From Paragordius varius (Eukaryota > Animalia > Nematomorpha): a stretch of DNA of 64,000 nt. A program made the translations under genes and the position numbers. The DNA lies in assembly GCA_964247055.1 (NCBI GenBank), contig OZ176055.1, forward strand, positions 248,001-312,000, read 5' to 3'. The notes under the pieces were generated by a model. It did not search any database, was not told the origin of the DNA, and saw nothing but the letters and a program-made list of their open reading frames with translations. This document shows positions 39,001 to 53,400 of this stretch, piece by piece (within the stretch, counting starts at the first letter, position 1; each line of letters opens with the position of its first letter).

Positions 39001-39350
39001 TTATATATCAGATGTACAAATATTAAATAAAACTAATATAATTGTATGGTTATCAATCAATTTTATATATCTATATAATGCATTGTGTATAAAATACATT
39101 CCTCTTTAATTATTATTGATTGCACAAAAATTCACTAGTATATTTTGCTAACAAATCACCAATCTTATTCACTAATAAACTGGTATATGTAGCAGTTTGT
39201 GCTTTAGGAAGATCTTGAGAAAAGTAAAAAAATAATTGCACTATCATTCGATTGTTACATAGAGAGTATGTTATATAAAAAAGAAATTTTTTAAAAAATA
39301 TTGCCAATTTAATGAGAATTTCCAGTTTAGTTAGTTAGAGATCTAGCACA

Positions 39351-42300
39351 TTATATGTCAAGAAAATCTGTCGTTTGAAACATTTTTGATGATATGTTGG
39401 CGGGAGTATCTTTTTTATCAGTAGATGTGGATGTTTTATCAGCTCCTTGAGTTGTGGGTGAAGAAACTTCAGGAGAAATTTTGACAAAATCAGCTGATTG
39501 AGTAGGTTGTTCGGTTAAAAAGGGATTCGTTGGACCCGTTGTTGCTGCTGTAGCTACAATAGTGCTCTGTTCCACAGGTGAGGTAATTGGTGTACTTTGT
39601 TGCAACAAAGTTTGAGGAATTAAAGGAGGCAACATCCAACCCAGTTTAGGTCTTGGGGTGTAATCAGCTGATGTCGACACCTGATTTACAAGAGTACTTG
39701 TTATACCGCTCGTAGTAAGTGCTAGGGCAGGCCCTTCTGGAGGTTCCTCTATAGAGAAATCTTTAACTAACAGCGGTTTAGTGGTTGTTGAAATGGCTAT
39801 TGTTGTAGAAGCGGTTTGACCCATTTCTCGGCTCCTATCAGCTGATTCGAGTCCTTCTGTAGTTTTTTTGGGTGCGGTCGAATATAGGTCTAATGGTTGT
39901 TCCAGTTCCGTTTCTTCCTCTTCCAGGGATGTCGAGGTTGATGGCAAAACAAATGTTGTTTGAGTCACAGATGTGGTAAGTCCTCCAGCTGCTTTTGAAG
40001 CCGAAACAGATGAAATTGAAGGGGTGCTTGTTTTTAGGATACCCACTAATGTTGTAGTGGGAGAAGGTTTGGCTAAATACAAGAAATTATAAGGGTATAA
40101 GTAAAGATGCAATATAGTAATTAAAAAAATGGGTAATAGCAACAGGCGTTTTAAATAACAAGGGATAATTATGATTAAAGAGAAAATTTATATATACCAG
40201 GTACATTCATAAATTATTACCGGTTTAACTAAGAGAAAACGTGAGAGATATAAGTATGCAGTCGATTAATTTGACAGAATCGCCATTTTATTCATTTGAA
40301 CGGCAAACATAACAATTTGTAAAACTATCCACTTATTATATCATTCAGTAATCATGTCGAATTTTGTGCCTGAAAACAAACGTTTGCCACGCCATTTGAT
40401 CAAAAGAATAAAAAGAGCCTTTAAAGTTTTTGTTTGCGGGATTATCACATATGAAACATGATTTCAAAATATCAAAATTTGTCATTTCATGTAATGGGCG
40501 CTCTGGTACACGACTGCAAAGACGCAAAAATGCATTAATGAGGATCCAACTGAAACTTAACAACAGGCAGAAGCATAACATGTGTCACAGAAACAATAGA
40601 TGAGTACGAGCGATGGCAAAGACTAAAAGCTTGGTTTATGCGTTTGACACAATTTGAATGTATATTAAATCGAAAATTGCAAAAACACTTGTGAAATCCT
40701 GTTCCAACGCCACTAAAAAAAATTAATGTGCATTGAATTGGGACATGTGATGAGTTTTTTGTAAATCGAATGCGGAAAATTATGACTTTCATCTTTCCAC
40801 AAACAGCCCGAATCGCTTCGACAAGAAAATCATGCTCTGCGTCTTGTGGAACCAGAGTGTTTGGTTTTATGAACTTTTGAAGTTACGTGAAATTGTTAAT
40901 ACACAACACATCCCTGACAAATACCTAATTAAAACCATGCATTAATTGAAAACTAACCGGAATGAACAAGAAAACATTGCAACACGTTTTTACTACATGA
41001 CAATGTTTCGTCTAGCAGAGAAAAACTAGCAAAAATCTCCTTAATATCGCTTCAATAAGAATGTTTAAGCATCGCTGAACTCCCATGACCTAGCGCCATC
41101 TGACTAATACAACTCAATGGGAATAGCTAATGAGCAGCATTTTAATAATTTTAAGACGATAAAAATGACGTAATGAAAGGTTTTCTGCATAAGACTATCA
41201 TTTATACTGGTCAGTCTTTAAAAAATTACTTGAGAGATGAGCGAAATATATAGAAGCCCAAGTACAATATTTTATATTTAATTTTATTTTAAAACTACAT
41301 ATGATGACTACACCTGGCATGAATATATTTATTTATTTATATTTCACAAAAATCACTTATAACTCCCTCTTTACCAATTATTCAATAATATTATTACCTG
41401 TAGCTGTTTCTGAAATCGCAGAAGAAATTGTAAGAGGTGCAATCTTTTTACTCCCGCCATGACTCGTTGAGGGGATAGTTTTAGACCCTTCAGTGACGGG
41501 TTCAGACGTTGATAAAGTCGTGGTGGACACTATTGGAGTGTCTGATGATGATTTCTGCATCTTTAGTGCCGTAATAAGTTTATCCCAGGTGCGATAATTA
41601 GTTTTCCGTTTTTGGCTTTTACGTCGAACACTTCCAAGCTTATGCATATGTTGAGAGCTGCTTGTTGTGGTTGATGTTGAAGTAATACCTGAAATGGATT
41701 GTGGCTTGTTTGAAACCTTGGGTCCGTTCCCATTTTCAGAGGCCGTTCCATTCCCATTGCTTTCAGTAAGGGGTGGGTAAACGGTCGTTTTTTTGGCCGT
41801 GGGACTTCCATACTTATCCACCATAATGGAATGACTTTGAGGCGCATTGACTTCCAGCGAGCCTTTGAGTAGCCGTCTCTCCTTTTGCAATATTTTTTTG
41901 GTCGGTTTCATGCCAGACACTTTTGTATAATATATATATATATATAAACTAAAACTTAGTTCCTATGTATTAATAACTAAGATTTTAAACGAGGAAATGT
42001 TTTCGTACGGTTATTACCAAGTCAAAATTTTACTGTTTAATCGTAGGATAGTTATCATTCCGCTTATTACATATTTAATTTTAAATTTTGAGATTCTGTG
42101 TTGATTATAGCCACAAAAAGCTTCTAAATATTATTGTAGACTAATTTTTTTGCAAAAACACAATATAATTAATTGATTCAGGTGGAGAAAAGACAATATT
42201 AAAAAAGGTAAGGTAGACGTAAGTTATGCAATGAAATCATAAAAAAATAAATTTGCAGAATTCTATCAATTAGAGTCCGCTGTTTTTTTAAACTGCTAAT

Positions 42301-45300
42301 GTTTAAACTTTTACTTTGCACATTAAGGATACTATCCTCCTTGATATCAGATAATTCATGAGTGCCTTTGAGCGCTTCGAGCGTCCGTTTAAAAATTTCA
42401 AGCATTTCAAACCGAAAAGATGAAATGTCCTGCTTAATTTCATTTATATCATCTTCAGTTACACCGGCAAATTGCTGCCGTTTCCTTTGCATATTCGTTA
42501 TGTAACGTTTAACTAGCGATCTAATTACCATCTATATTTAAGTAAAAAAAATTTTACATATTAAAAAATGAAATTATATGGACAAAACGTTAAAAGATAA
42601 GTGCATATGTTTTTTTTTCAAACTACAATGAATACCTTTTTATCCCTCGATCTTTCTTATATAAAATTACTGTAAATTACAATTTTAAAATAGATTATTT
42701 TGTTACTAATTCATATATTTATTACATACTTTGCTATTTAGAGCAAAGAGATCTTTCGTGAGTATAATTTTAATTTTTCTGTATATATTATATTTTTTTA
42801 AAAAAGTTAACATACTTGGTAGCGAGATTCCTTCTCATTTGCTTTTTGAAACATTTTCTATTATAAAGTTACAAATGTGTTATAAATCATTCCCAAAAGC
42901 AATAAAAACGATTGAAATAATAACATACTCTAAGAGATCTCCATTTGGTACGTTTGAGTTTTAGAGAAAGGCACCCATATATGCAATCCAGGAGCCAAAC
43001 CGAAGTATAATATATAGATTTAGGCGAGGGTATAATGTTAAAAGGGGGTGGCACGGTGGCCCCTTCATCGAAATAACTAATCCATAGTTTGGAACGGGCA
43101 AATTTCCATTCAAGATCAGCTGAGTCCTATCACATGAAAATATAATATAGTTTCATTAATGTAGGATAGTGTTTTATACTCAACAACTATATTTGCAACG
43201 TGTTTTATTTTAATATAACTCATCGTTTTGGTATGGAACGGATTTACAAACGCTACAACAACTGTAATTAAATAGTTTATGTGGTAAAAATCAAGGTTCA
43301 AAAAAGTATGATTGTCTTTTAAAAAAATTGGTGTTTTAGTTTTAACAATTTGTCTGTATAATTTCATTGTTTACTGCAAATATGTTCGAAAATACGCTTT
43401 ATAAATATATCCAAAAATGCGTTTCTAAAAATTTTGTGAAAAATCAATTTTTTTAAAACAAGGCATAAATTTTGATTTTTGAAGTCTAATTTACCGATAT
43501 AATTTGGTAAGAATTTGACATCATGGCAATAAGCATGTTTAGGAGAACTACTATAGCTATAGCGCTGTACACCCCAAACATGAGGAGTCCGATAAATTCT
43601 GTATAGACATGAGGTTCTTTAAGTTCTGTGTTTTCCAGCTCGACTAACCCATAAAAAGCCCAATACAACGTTTGAACCGTTTCAAATAGGCTAAAAATAA
43701 GAATCAAGAAAGTTATAAAAAAATCCAGTTTATAGAGACAGAAAAATTTCAGAGTTAAAACTTTGTACGGAAAAATTATTTAAACAAAACGTGAGAAATA
43801 TTTTAGAATCTCTGCATTTTAAAACTTGATGTTTTAAAATATAACTTATCATTTTTGTTTGCGAAATGGAAATTAGAGATATATAAATTTGTAGTGTACT
43901 CACTCATTATATAATTTAAAATTATTTAATCATTTGTGGAGATAAAATCAAAGTTTTAAAAAGTTTTGTCCGTATAATTTTAATGTTTTACTGTATAACA
44001 AATGAAAATGACATTCATTTACTTTGAAAAACGTTGGTATTTTTTGTTACAAGAGTCACTGCTTTTATCACGATTACATTCTTCTGCCCTCATTTCCCCA
44101 TAATACCAATAGAGTTGAGTAAGTCCGCATGCGAACGAAAAAACCTATATATATACAGTAAAAAAGATATTACAATAGACAAAACGTAAAAACATAAAGA
44201 CAAATATTTTTTTCAAAAGACAACCCATATACTTATAAAACCTTATTCTTTTCTTATAATTATTTAATAACGATTGTAAAATATATGATTGATTGTGTTT
44301 ACCAATTTACATCTCTATTTCATACTTTACAATATATAACAATAAATTATATTTTAACAAATCAAGTTTAAAAAAGGTACAACCGCACATTTTGAACATA
44401 AAACATTTGTTTTTGTGTTTTTACATTCTGGTGCATAATTTTAATTTTTAATATAAAATTAAAAACTTAAAAAACTACATTAAGTAATTAATTTCTTTAT
44501 AAAATTTTACCACTAAAATGACAATAATTGAGAAACGGAGAATATCGAATGTCATGCGACCCAGGGTTATTTGCAATGGCCCAAGGTATGGATTTACCGT
44601 AAAAATGTACACTAATTTGAGCGAACTATAGAATTACATAAAAAAATAAATTTCACATGGAAATAAAAAGATTTTGTATAAATTATAAATTAATAAAAAA
44701 TACCTAAAGATATTGGCTGCAGCAAAGAGACCTTCGCTTATAAGTGTGGGGTCATTGGCGACCCAATCTTTCCTTGGGGCAAAGGCTGCTTCATTATTTT
44801 CCGCTATTTCTTTTTGAACCTAAAAGCGGGTTTTTAACCATAAAACAGATATCGTGAAAAATATGAGTTTGGACTTTTCTCGTAAAACAAACTATCAAGT
44901 GTGAATCTGTTAAACTTAAATTTTATTTCAAAAAAAAATTTCATAACTACATATTTTTTATAATCCTAATCATATGATACAAATATTAATATAACAATTT
45001 TTTATTTATATATGACTCTTTAAAAAATTTCAAGCTTATGTGTATTCTTTTCATTTTAGAATTCTACTAAGCTTTATACCTGTAAATATGCGATAATGCG
45101 TAAAGTTATGGTCGCAATATAAAGGGCATTGGTGATAAAATCTAGTACATTCCACATATCCTCCAAGTATTCTTGTAACCCTTCAACCCATAACTGTTTA
45201 ATTTCAGTCCATACGAGTCCTACAGAAAAAAACAAAATTTTTATCCAAAAAAATTTGTTGCAATAGGCACTCTTATAACAAAAAATTACCATATGAATTC

Positions 45301-47425
45301 TGTTGCAATTTTTTATGCTACTATACATATATTATAAAATAAAATTATTTCATTTAGAGATAGCAAGAGAGATAACTATAATATCTGAAAAGGGAAATTT
45401 ATTTCAGATACCATTTGACAGGTTAGAGAAAATTATGTGGATGCATTTATATATTTTTTAATATGCATATTTAACCTTGACATTTCACCAAGCATATATA
45501 ATGTTTTATAGTTATGAAGATATATTAATATACATTCAATGATGCCATGTCCATGCCAGATTTAGAGACAGTTGCTTTCCTACTTAATATTAACATTTCT
45601 TAAATTGCAAGTTACACGCAGAAGTAAGCTTAAAATATAATTTATTTATTTTTCGTAGCGAAGGATTAAAAATAATCCCCCTTTCTAACTTATTAGGTAT
45701 ATATGATAAATACAACGATAAATTCCCAACAACCGTTTTAAAATTTATTATCCAACAGCATTATGAAAATGGTATAATTTGTTAATATATTCTTAAATAT
45801 ATATAATGGTTTATGGTTAAATTTAGAATAGATATTTCTCTGCTAAATATTTATAAGGCTAAATACATAATTTACAAATAGCTAAACTTTTATAGAATAT
45901 AAGAGGACATTTTTATAAAATAAAGAATTGTCAAAAATACCGGCAATCCATGCTAAAATCATCCATTCAAAAGTTGTGGGTAGGGAACCTCGCCTTTCAT
46001 TTTTAACATGTTGTTGTTCACCTTGAACTATCATAGTTAAATTTTCAATCCTTTGTGAAGCCAATATGAGTAATACTAAAAAAATAGGTGTGTAGATAAA
46101 TTAGTTATTCTACAAATTCAAATAAATTAGTAATGTAAAGTGGAATATATTTTGTTGTAAAAAATAGATTTGTATTAAAAATTATATTTTACCAACTTTC
46201 AAAATTAAGTGGGCACAATAAATATATATGTCATACGTTAACCCATGCATGTTAGTATTAAAATGGCCAAACGAAAACGCACATGAAATGTAAATATTTG
46301 GGTATGTTTGTTAAATATTAATTCAATTTTAAAAACCATATAGATAATCAAAATATTTCCCGGTAAATCTCAAAACTTACCATTTCGAAAATATGGGAAG
46401 TTTTTGATTAACATGGAACATATATTTATTGATTTGGAAAATGTTCCCAACGGTTGAAAAAACGTTTTGATTGATTCGAAAAACCGTTTTTTAGACTGGG
46501 GGGAAAATATAAAAAATGTTTTACTTAAAAAGGTAATGTAGGAAGCACTATTGCATATAAATTTGATAAATGGTTTTTTCATAACACGGCCAGGCATTCT
46601 GTGAGGTGCTACAATGTAGCATATACTAAGGATAGGAAAGAGGACGGCTATCGAAAGTACTATGAGCATTCGACTCAACAAATTTCGTCTCCGGTATCCG
46701 GGAAGCCCTTCGGACCAAATAGCACCAAGGAGTTGTTGGCAGTTGGGGTGTGAAACAAACTTTTTGGGGTGAAAAAAAATTGTTGATATTATAGAAATAG
46801 TAAAATAGTTTTAGTCTAGTGAGATCACACAAATATTTTGTGAAAATTAAACAGCAATTATTGAAAGCTAATATTAAATATACATGCGTTTTTTATACTT
46901 TTTAACTTTTAAGCCAATAAATTGTAAAGTTTCATTAATTAACTGAGTTTATGGTCAAGTCACATGTGTTATACTTCGATATATAATTAATTACAACGAC
47001 AATTAAAGTTATCCAAGAAAGCGTTCAAAAACACACCAAAAATTTCAAAGTAACCAATCCTATTTCGATCGAGAACATTCCTTTGCCAAAAAATTTTTTA
47101 ACTATACTCTTAAATCCTTCGTTTTACAAATACCTACCTCTTTCTGATCATATTTGATGGCTGATTTCAGCCTTGATAAATGCATCCGTTCTTTGGCCAC
47201 AATAGTAGCTGGGTCAGTTGGCGCGGTGGTGTCAGAACCAGTAATTTTTCCCAACTTTGAAGAATCACTGCCTGTAATTTCATTCTTAATATCTTTGTAT
47301 TTATGTCTCTCCTTGCTCCCAGGCCTAAAGCGATGACACAATGAGCCCAGGGTTTGTGGCATATGTCGAATCCCATTCCACGTTGCTTTAACTAATCGTT
47401 GTGGGGCACTTGTAAACCTATCATA

Positions 47426-47460
<35 letters not shown>

Positions 47461-50400
47461 CATTGTTAACTTTTTTTATTAGTTATGCTAGATAGTATAT
47501 AGAGCAAAGGGAGTATTTTTGACTTAAAATTATTTTTTTCGTTTTTCACTTCTATAGGCTAATAATGTTTCTCTTCGCTGTATGTGCTATCTGACAATAT
47601 TTAATAGCACTAGAATGTATTAACTGATTTGTAATTAAACCCTTGATTACTTAAAATGATAAATGACACTCAAAGTTGGGCGATTAATGAATTTTGATTT
47701 CTTAATATGAGAGTTGAGCATATTGATTTCAACTGATTGCGTATTAAAAAAAAACCCACTACTAATTCATATTTTTATATATAAGGGTTTATTTATTAAC
47801 TAACTTTTTTAAGAAATCACTTTCCGAAAAGAATTAACACTATTTATATATATAAATATTTCATAGATAATACACTATCAACCTTATGTTTCCTTATATT
47901 TATGTCAATGTTTTTCCTTACGCGTTATTTTTAGCGCATTCTCATGAATATTTATGCACTAATAGTAAAATTCGCTATCGCGATAATATATATAGATTAT
48001 ATTTCTAAGAAAAGATCTGTAAAATATATAAAAGAAAACCAACCCCCCCTCATTCTATACATATCATATCATAAATAATAAATTAAAAAAATGCAAAAAA
48101 CCCTGGCATATATGGGCTCTACTATGCAGAGTTAAAAAAACGTTTAAAAGATAATAGGTCAAAAGTTTTATTTGCTTTTAAAAACACCCTTATTAATGCG
48201 CTTCAAGAATAATGTTAAATAAATTATAGTTAGCAAAGAAAATGAGTTTTATCGTCGTCTTGGAAACTCCCTTACATATTAAATTATTATTATTATTAAT
48301 ACATACCACAACATTATAGATGAATTCTGCACACATCAGAATTCACTGAATAAAAAAAATCCCTGGAGAATATCTCTTCTTTATTATTAATAAAACAAAA
48401 TTGCTCATATATATATTTATGCTCCTTTAATCTCTATATGATAGTTTTGTGTTGGTGGTTATCATAAATATATGTGGAAAAAAAAACATTATTTTCAAGA
48501 ATTTCTTTTTATGGAAAAAAATCTATAATTTTATTTTTTTTAAAAAAATAAATTTTTTAAAGATCAAAAAAAGTACCAAGCCAATGAGCTGTCCTCCTCA
48601 GCAGTTGAAGCAAAAATATTGTTAAATGCCGAACTTAATTTGGTAGCCGAGGAAGCATTATAGTACATATCTATAATAATAAAAGTAATCTTAAGAAAAA
48701 ACTAATATATTTTTAATTTGTCAGATATTTTCATATAAGGGAAAATTTTTATTAAGCCAACAGAAATGTATTACCCTCTTGTATGCGCGATTAATAGATT
48801 TTAAATTTAATTTTATTTCAATATATTGTGGTAAAATTAAAGCTATCTAATAACCTTTCCCTAATTTTTACGTTATTGGATTGTTTATTATTCTTATAAA
48901 ACATAACAAATAACTTTAAATAACAGTTGTTTAAATAGTAATAATTATAATTGGTTATAAAAATGAAATTAAAGTATTGCATATTAAACAAAAGGGAATA
49001 ATGCAATTCAAATTACTCAAAAAAGTTATGGATATTTGATATATTCGATTCGATTTCACCATAGAGATGTTATATATCCATAATAAAAAGTTTTGACTGA
49101 CAATACAAATAAAAGTTACTGACAATATATAAGAAAAATCCTGATTATTTTATCATACATAGTTTTTTTCACCATAAGTTACGGTAAAGTAATCATGAAT
49201 CACACATACAGAAGTAAAGAAATTTATGTGTTGTCCAATTAAATATTATAATATTTTGTGGGCATGTTATAATTCTTACCGATAAACCTTTCCGTTTCCA
49301 CGTGATTGAGTATGACCTTAAGTTCAAACGAGGTACGAGTCTGATCCAAAAGGTCTGTGGCGAATTGTTTGCATTTTTGAGCAAGTTCTTCATATTCGCC
49401 CGTAAATTCGTATTCCATGCGACTGAGTTGCGTTAACTCCCAACTTAGGGTAAAAGCCGTCATGATAGGATCCCTGCTAGTCAAACAAATGAGCGATGGA
49501 CTACTCAAAGCTCTAAGAGTATGTATAAAAGAATTAAACCATGAAAGATCACAAACAATAAGGAGCCAATTTTATAACTTGGGGAAGAACGTTATACTTT
49601 TATAGTAGTTATTAAAAAAGATTTTATTGTCACTTTCCTCCCCCTAAAATCGTTTTTTACAAAAAGCAGCTTAATATATATATGTGCCCGTACACCTACC
49701 TGTAAGCATGTATGCGACTAAGACTGTGTCTCAAGCTATCCGCCTCACTTTGTTGCACACAAATCCGGCATCCACACCTCACATCATGCGGGCGAGAGAT
49801 TTTGGAGCCTCGATCAAGTAACATTTTCACGATTTCGTAGTTATCTTTATGGGCGGCTAGGATTAGCGGTGTGATATCACTGGTGAATGCACTTTCATAT
49901 TCACGCATAGTTGATGTGCCCGCTATGGTCGGGCCCGCGGGCCCTTTCCCACCCGACATGGCTTCCATGGCTTCACGCGCTGCACTTATACTTGGGGACG
50001 TTGTACTGCCAGCGATTGAATCTTTAACCGCTGTGGCGGCTCGTGCCCGTTTTTCTTCCTCAAAGGCTTTAGCGGATTGTTCATCTTCGTAATTGTGAAG
50101 GAGCTCTACGGCCTCAACCATTTCCTCCGAAATGGCGTAAAGGATGGCATCACGCGTATCCACATGGTATTTGAGCAACACTTCAATCATCTCCAAATTA
50201 TCATTCTCGATGGCTATCAACAAGGCGGACCGATTGAGCGGATCCACACAATTTATGTTGATGTGAAAATAGAGTTGAGCCTCCTCCAGGATTCGGCTGA
50301 CCTGTTTATCATAAAATTCATGTATCGTAAAATTTTTTGACTTTTAAAATAAATGTTACCGTGAGTTAATTCGTTAAAATTAGGCTTAAAAAAATAAATT

Positions 50401-53400
50401 CTTAACACAATCTTATTATTAACAAGTAGTATAATTATAAAAAGCAGTAGTTGCAATCGTAAATTTGGTTACCATTGTTAGCGAGAAAGCGTCGTTAAGG
50501 TATAAAAAAATAATTCATTTTCTACAAAAAAAGTTTGATTTACCGTTGGTATATCGCCTTTTTCGACAGCAATCAAATATTGTTTTTCCTTGAACGTGAG
50601 CTCAAGTTTAGGTTCTGGCATCAAACCCTCAACAAATTCCCTATTTTTGGCACCTACGGTCTTACCGCTGTGCTGTTTAGCTCTAGGTTGATATCTATTC
50701 GCTGAAGCATTTGTGACAGTTGATTTGGTTGAACCTCCGGCGGGAGTTGGGCCATGGTTACCCCCCAAAGACAGCGAGGTAGGATTCGAAGAAAGGGTTG
50801 TATTCATAGTTTTCTGGATTTGTTCACTATTAGCGCTTAAAATATCGTTAAAGTAAAATTTATTCCGTTTCCGATTTTTCCTACGGGTCGGATGATAAAA
50901 TTTAGAATTCCAATATCTTTCAGTGGTTGTTTCGTTTAGGGGATCGTGTGTAGAAGTATCTAATCCTTCGAAGTAGGTTTCTTCACTTCTCGACGGATTT
51001 AAGTCAAAATCTTGTTGATAATTTTTTTGGATATTATGATTGATTCCACTTAGGATGTGATCAAAAATACTTTTTTTCCGTTTTTTGTGGGGAGATGGTG
51101 ATTTTATTGGGACATAAACCGTCTGCTCTCGGGAGGAGCCATTATGTATGTTGGTATTATTGTCGTCTGCGGGGCAGAAATCTGTTGAATAATTTTGAAA
51201 GCTGTCAGAAGATTTTGGATTTTGATGTTCAGAGAAAAAACTTGAATTTTTTTCAGGATTCCCAGAAGCAAATTGTTTATTTGGAGAACCTATCAAGAGT
51301 ACAAAGAAGAATAAATGAGAACACAAACGAACGTATTAAACAAAAACTTGTATAATATATAATTAAATTAACAAAGTCGATATATGAGAATGAACATGCA
51401 ATTTAAAATCAATTTATAAAAGAAATAAGAGGAGATCGAATTAAATTATATAAATGATAATGATGATAATAATACAAGGTTAATTCCAAATTTTAACAGA
51501 ACTTTTTCATCATCATCAGACTTATAAAAATTCCACATGGATGATATGTTTTGATTTTCTACAAGTTTTCTTTCTTGATTATTATGTGTGCGTATTTAAT
51601 AATTCATTGCCTTCTCTAAAAGATTTTTTCTACAGCAAAAAAATGATGAATTACATTACTTTTTGGCTTGGCAAAAAAAGGGGACAGACAAGGGAAAAAA
51701 AGACGTATATAATTTTGTCAATATGTCCCCAATGATGTAGTAAATTGAATAAATAGATAAAACATGAAAAGCAACAAATAGTGTTGAAGAAATTCAAAAA
51801 CAAACTTTTTCATAAATTATGGTGGATTTGATTTATGTGGCACATTATTTCAATGAAAATAATTATTATTATTATCCTGAAATTTTTTTATTAAAAAATG
51901 TTATAATTAATAAACGCAAAGATCATTTTTGAAGGAAAGAAAGGTTGTTATATAAAGACAAAAGCGGAGCGGACAAGGAAAGATATTACTTAAAATTATC
52001 GGATAAAGTCTGCGATCAGATAATAGTTTTTAGATAATTTTGAGCAATTTATTACACGTGATTTATTGCGCTGTTGTAACAACAACTTTAAAAATTGGTA
52101 CCTGTGAAACTATGTTTATGAATAATAAAAATAATATTCTTTGAAGAAGTTATTAATCACTGGAAAAACCTTATAAACTATATGCTTGTAGATGGATAAT
52201 GTAAATTTTTAATAAAAATTTTTGCAATGCTTATTAGTGTTAAAATTTATGCAAAAATTGATTGAAAAAAATAAAAGCAACAACGAAAGAAAACTTATAA
52301 AAAAAGTTTTGATCCATTTTTCTTTTCTTTACTAATTCTTCTCCCTCCCCCCTCTAAAACAAAACAATTCAATATTGTATATGGAACGTGTGCCGCAATG
52401 TTGTAATTAAAAAATTATTTTAAACAAAGAAAAAAACTTTAAAATCAATATTTTATAATATTCATAGGTCTGAATAAAAAAACCCTTCCTTAACAAAATT
52501 TTGATTACTAATCCAAATTTATGGCATTATATACACTGCTATTGTTTTAGAACCATTAAAAAATTAATTGTCGCAAATACGCGACACACAAAAAGATAAA
52601 CGAATGATTGGATTAAAATGTTATAAATTTTTTGCAAAAAAATTGAAAACATCATTTAATTGCTCTTCAATTATCATTATTTTGAAATTTTATAAACATT
52701 TATATTGATTATAAAAATTATATATGCGATATATTTAAAATTTATTATACTTTAACGAATTTCCCAGGCTAATTGAATTTTTAATAAGAAAAATAGAACC
52801 GATCGAATTTTTTTTTTGAAAATTATACGGGAAGGGGAAAAGCGCAAGGAATTTAAAACATCTAATGATAAATTTTTAAAAATAATTAAATATATATACT
52901 TATATAAAAGAAAAAATTATTTACATATGAATATAAATTCTTTTTAAACGTTTTTCTTGCATTTTTATTTATTATTTATTATTTTTATTTAATGATAAAT
53001 ATATTATATTATTTCTTTTACATAATGAAGAAGATACCACACCAAGCCCAATCGATAAAATGTTTAATATAACATATTTTATATTTATAATAGCGAATTT
53101 ATAAGAAAAAAAATGCTTTTTTTTATATATATATTATAATTTATAATTCAATTCAAAAGATAATATATTATTAATTTTAGATGTAACATCATTCTAATTC
53201 CTTGGATTTGTTAAAAAAATATAAAAAAAATTTAAAAAATTCGTATTAAAATAAAAATACAGTAAAAATTAAAACTATACGGACAAACGTAAAAAAGACA
53301 AAATTATTTTTCAAAGGACCACTATACCCTTTAAACTACCTAATCCTATAAAACTCATTCAATAACAATCGTAAAATACATAATTGATTGTGTTACTAAT

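Noticed and set aside
39113-39217. Alternative terminal TRP exon (DLPKAQTATYTS..)
   Set aside because: It has an acceptor, but I found no phase-compatible donor near the end of the preceding exon, which has its own stop.
40345-40792. Minus-strand Cys/His-rich ORFs resembling a C1 zinc-finger exon of the TRP gene
   Set aside because: They are the antisense of the decayed mariner transposase, and the Cys spacing is incomplete.
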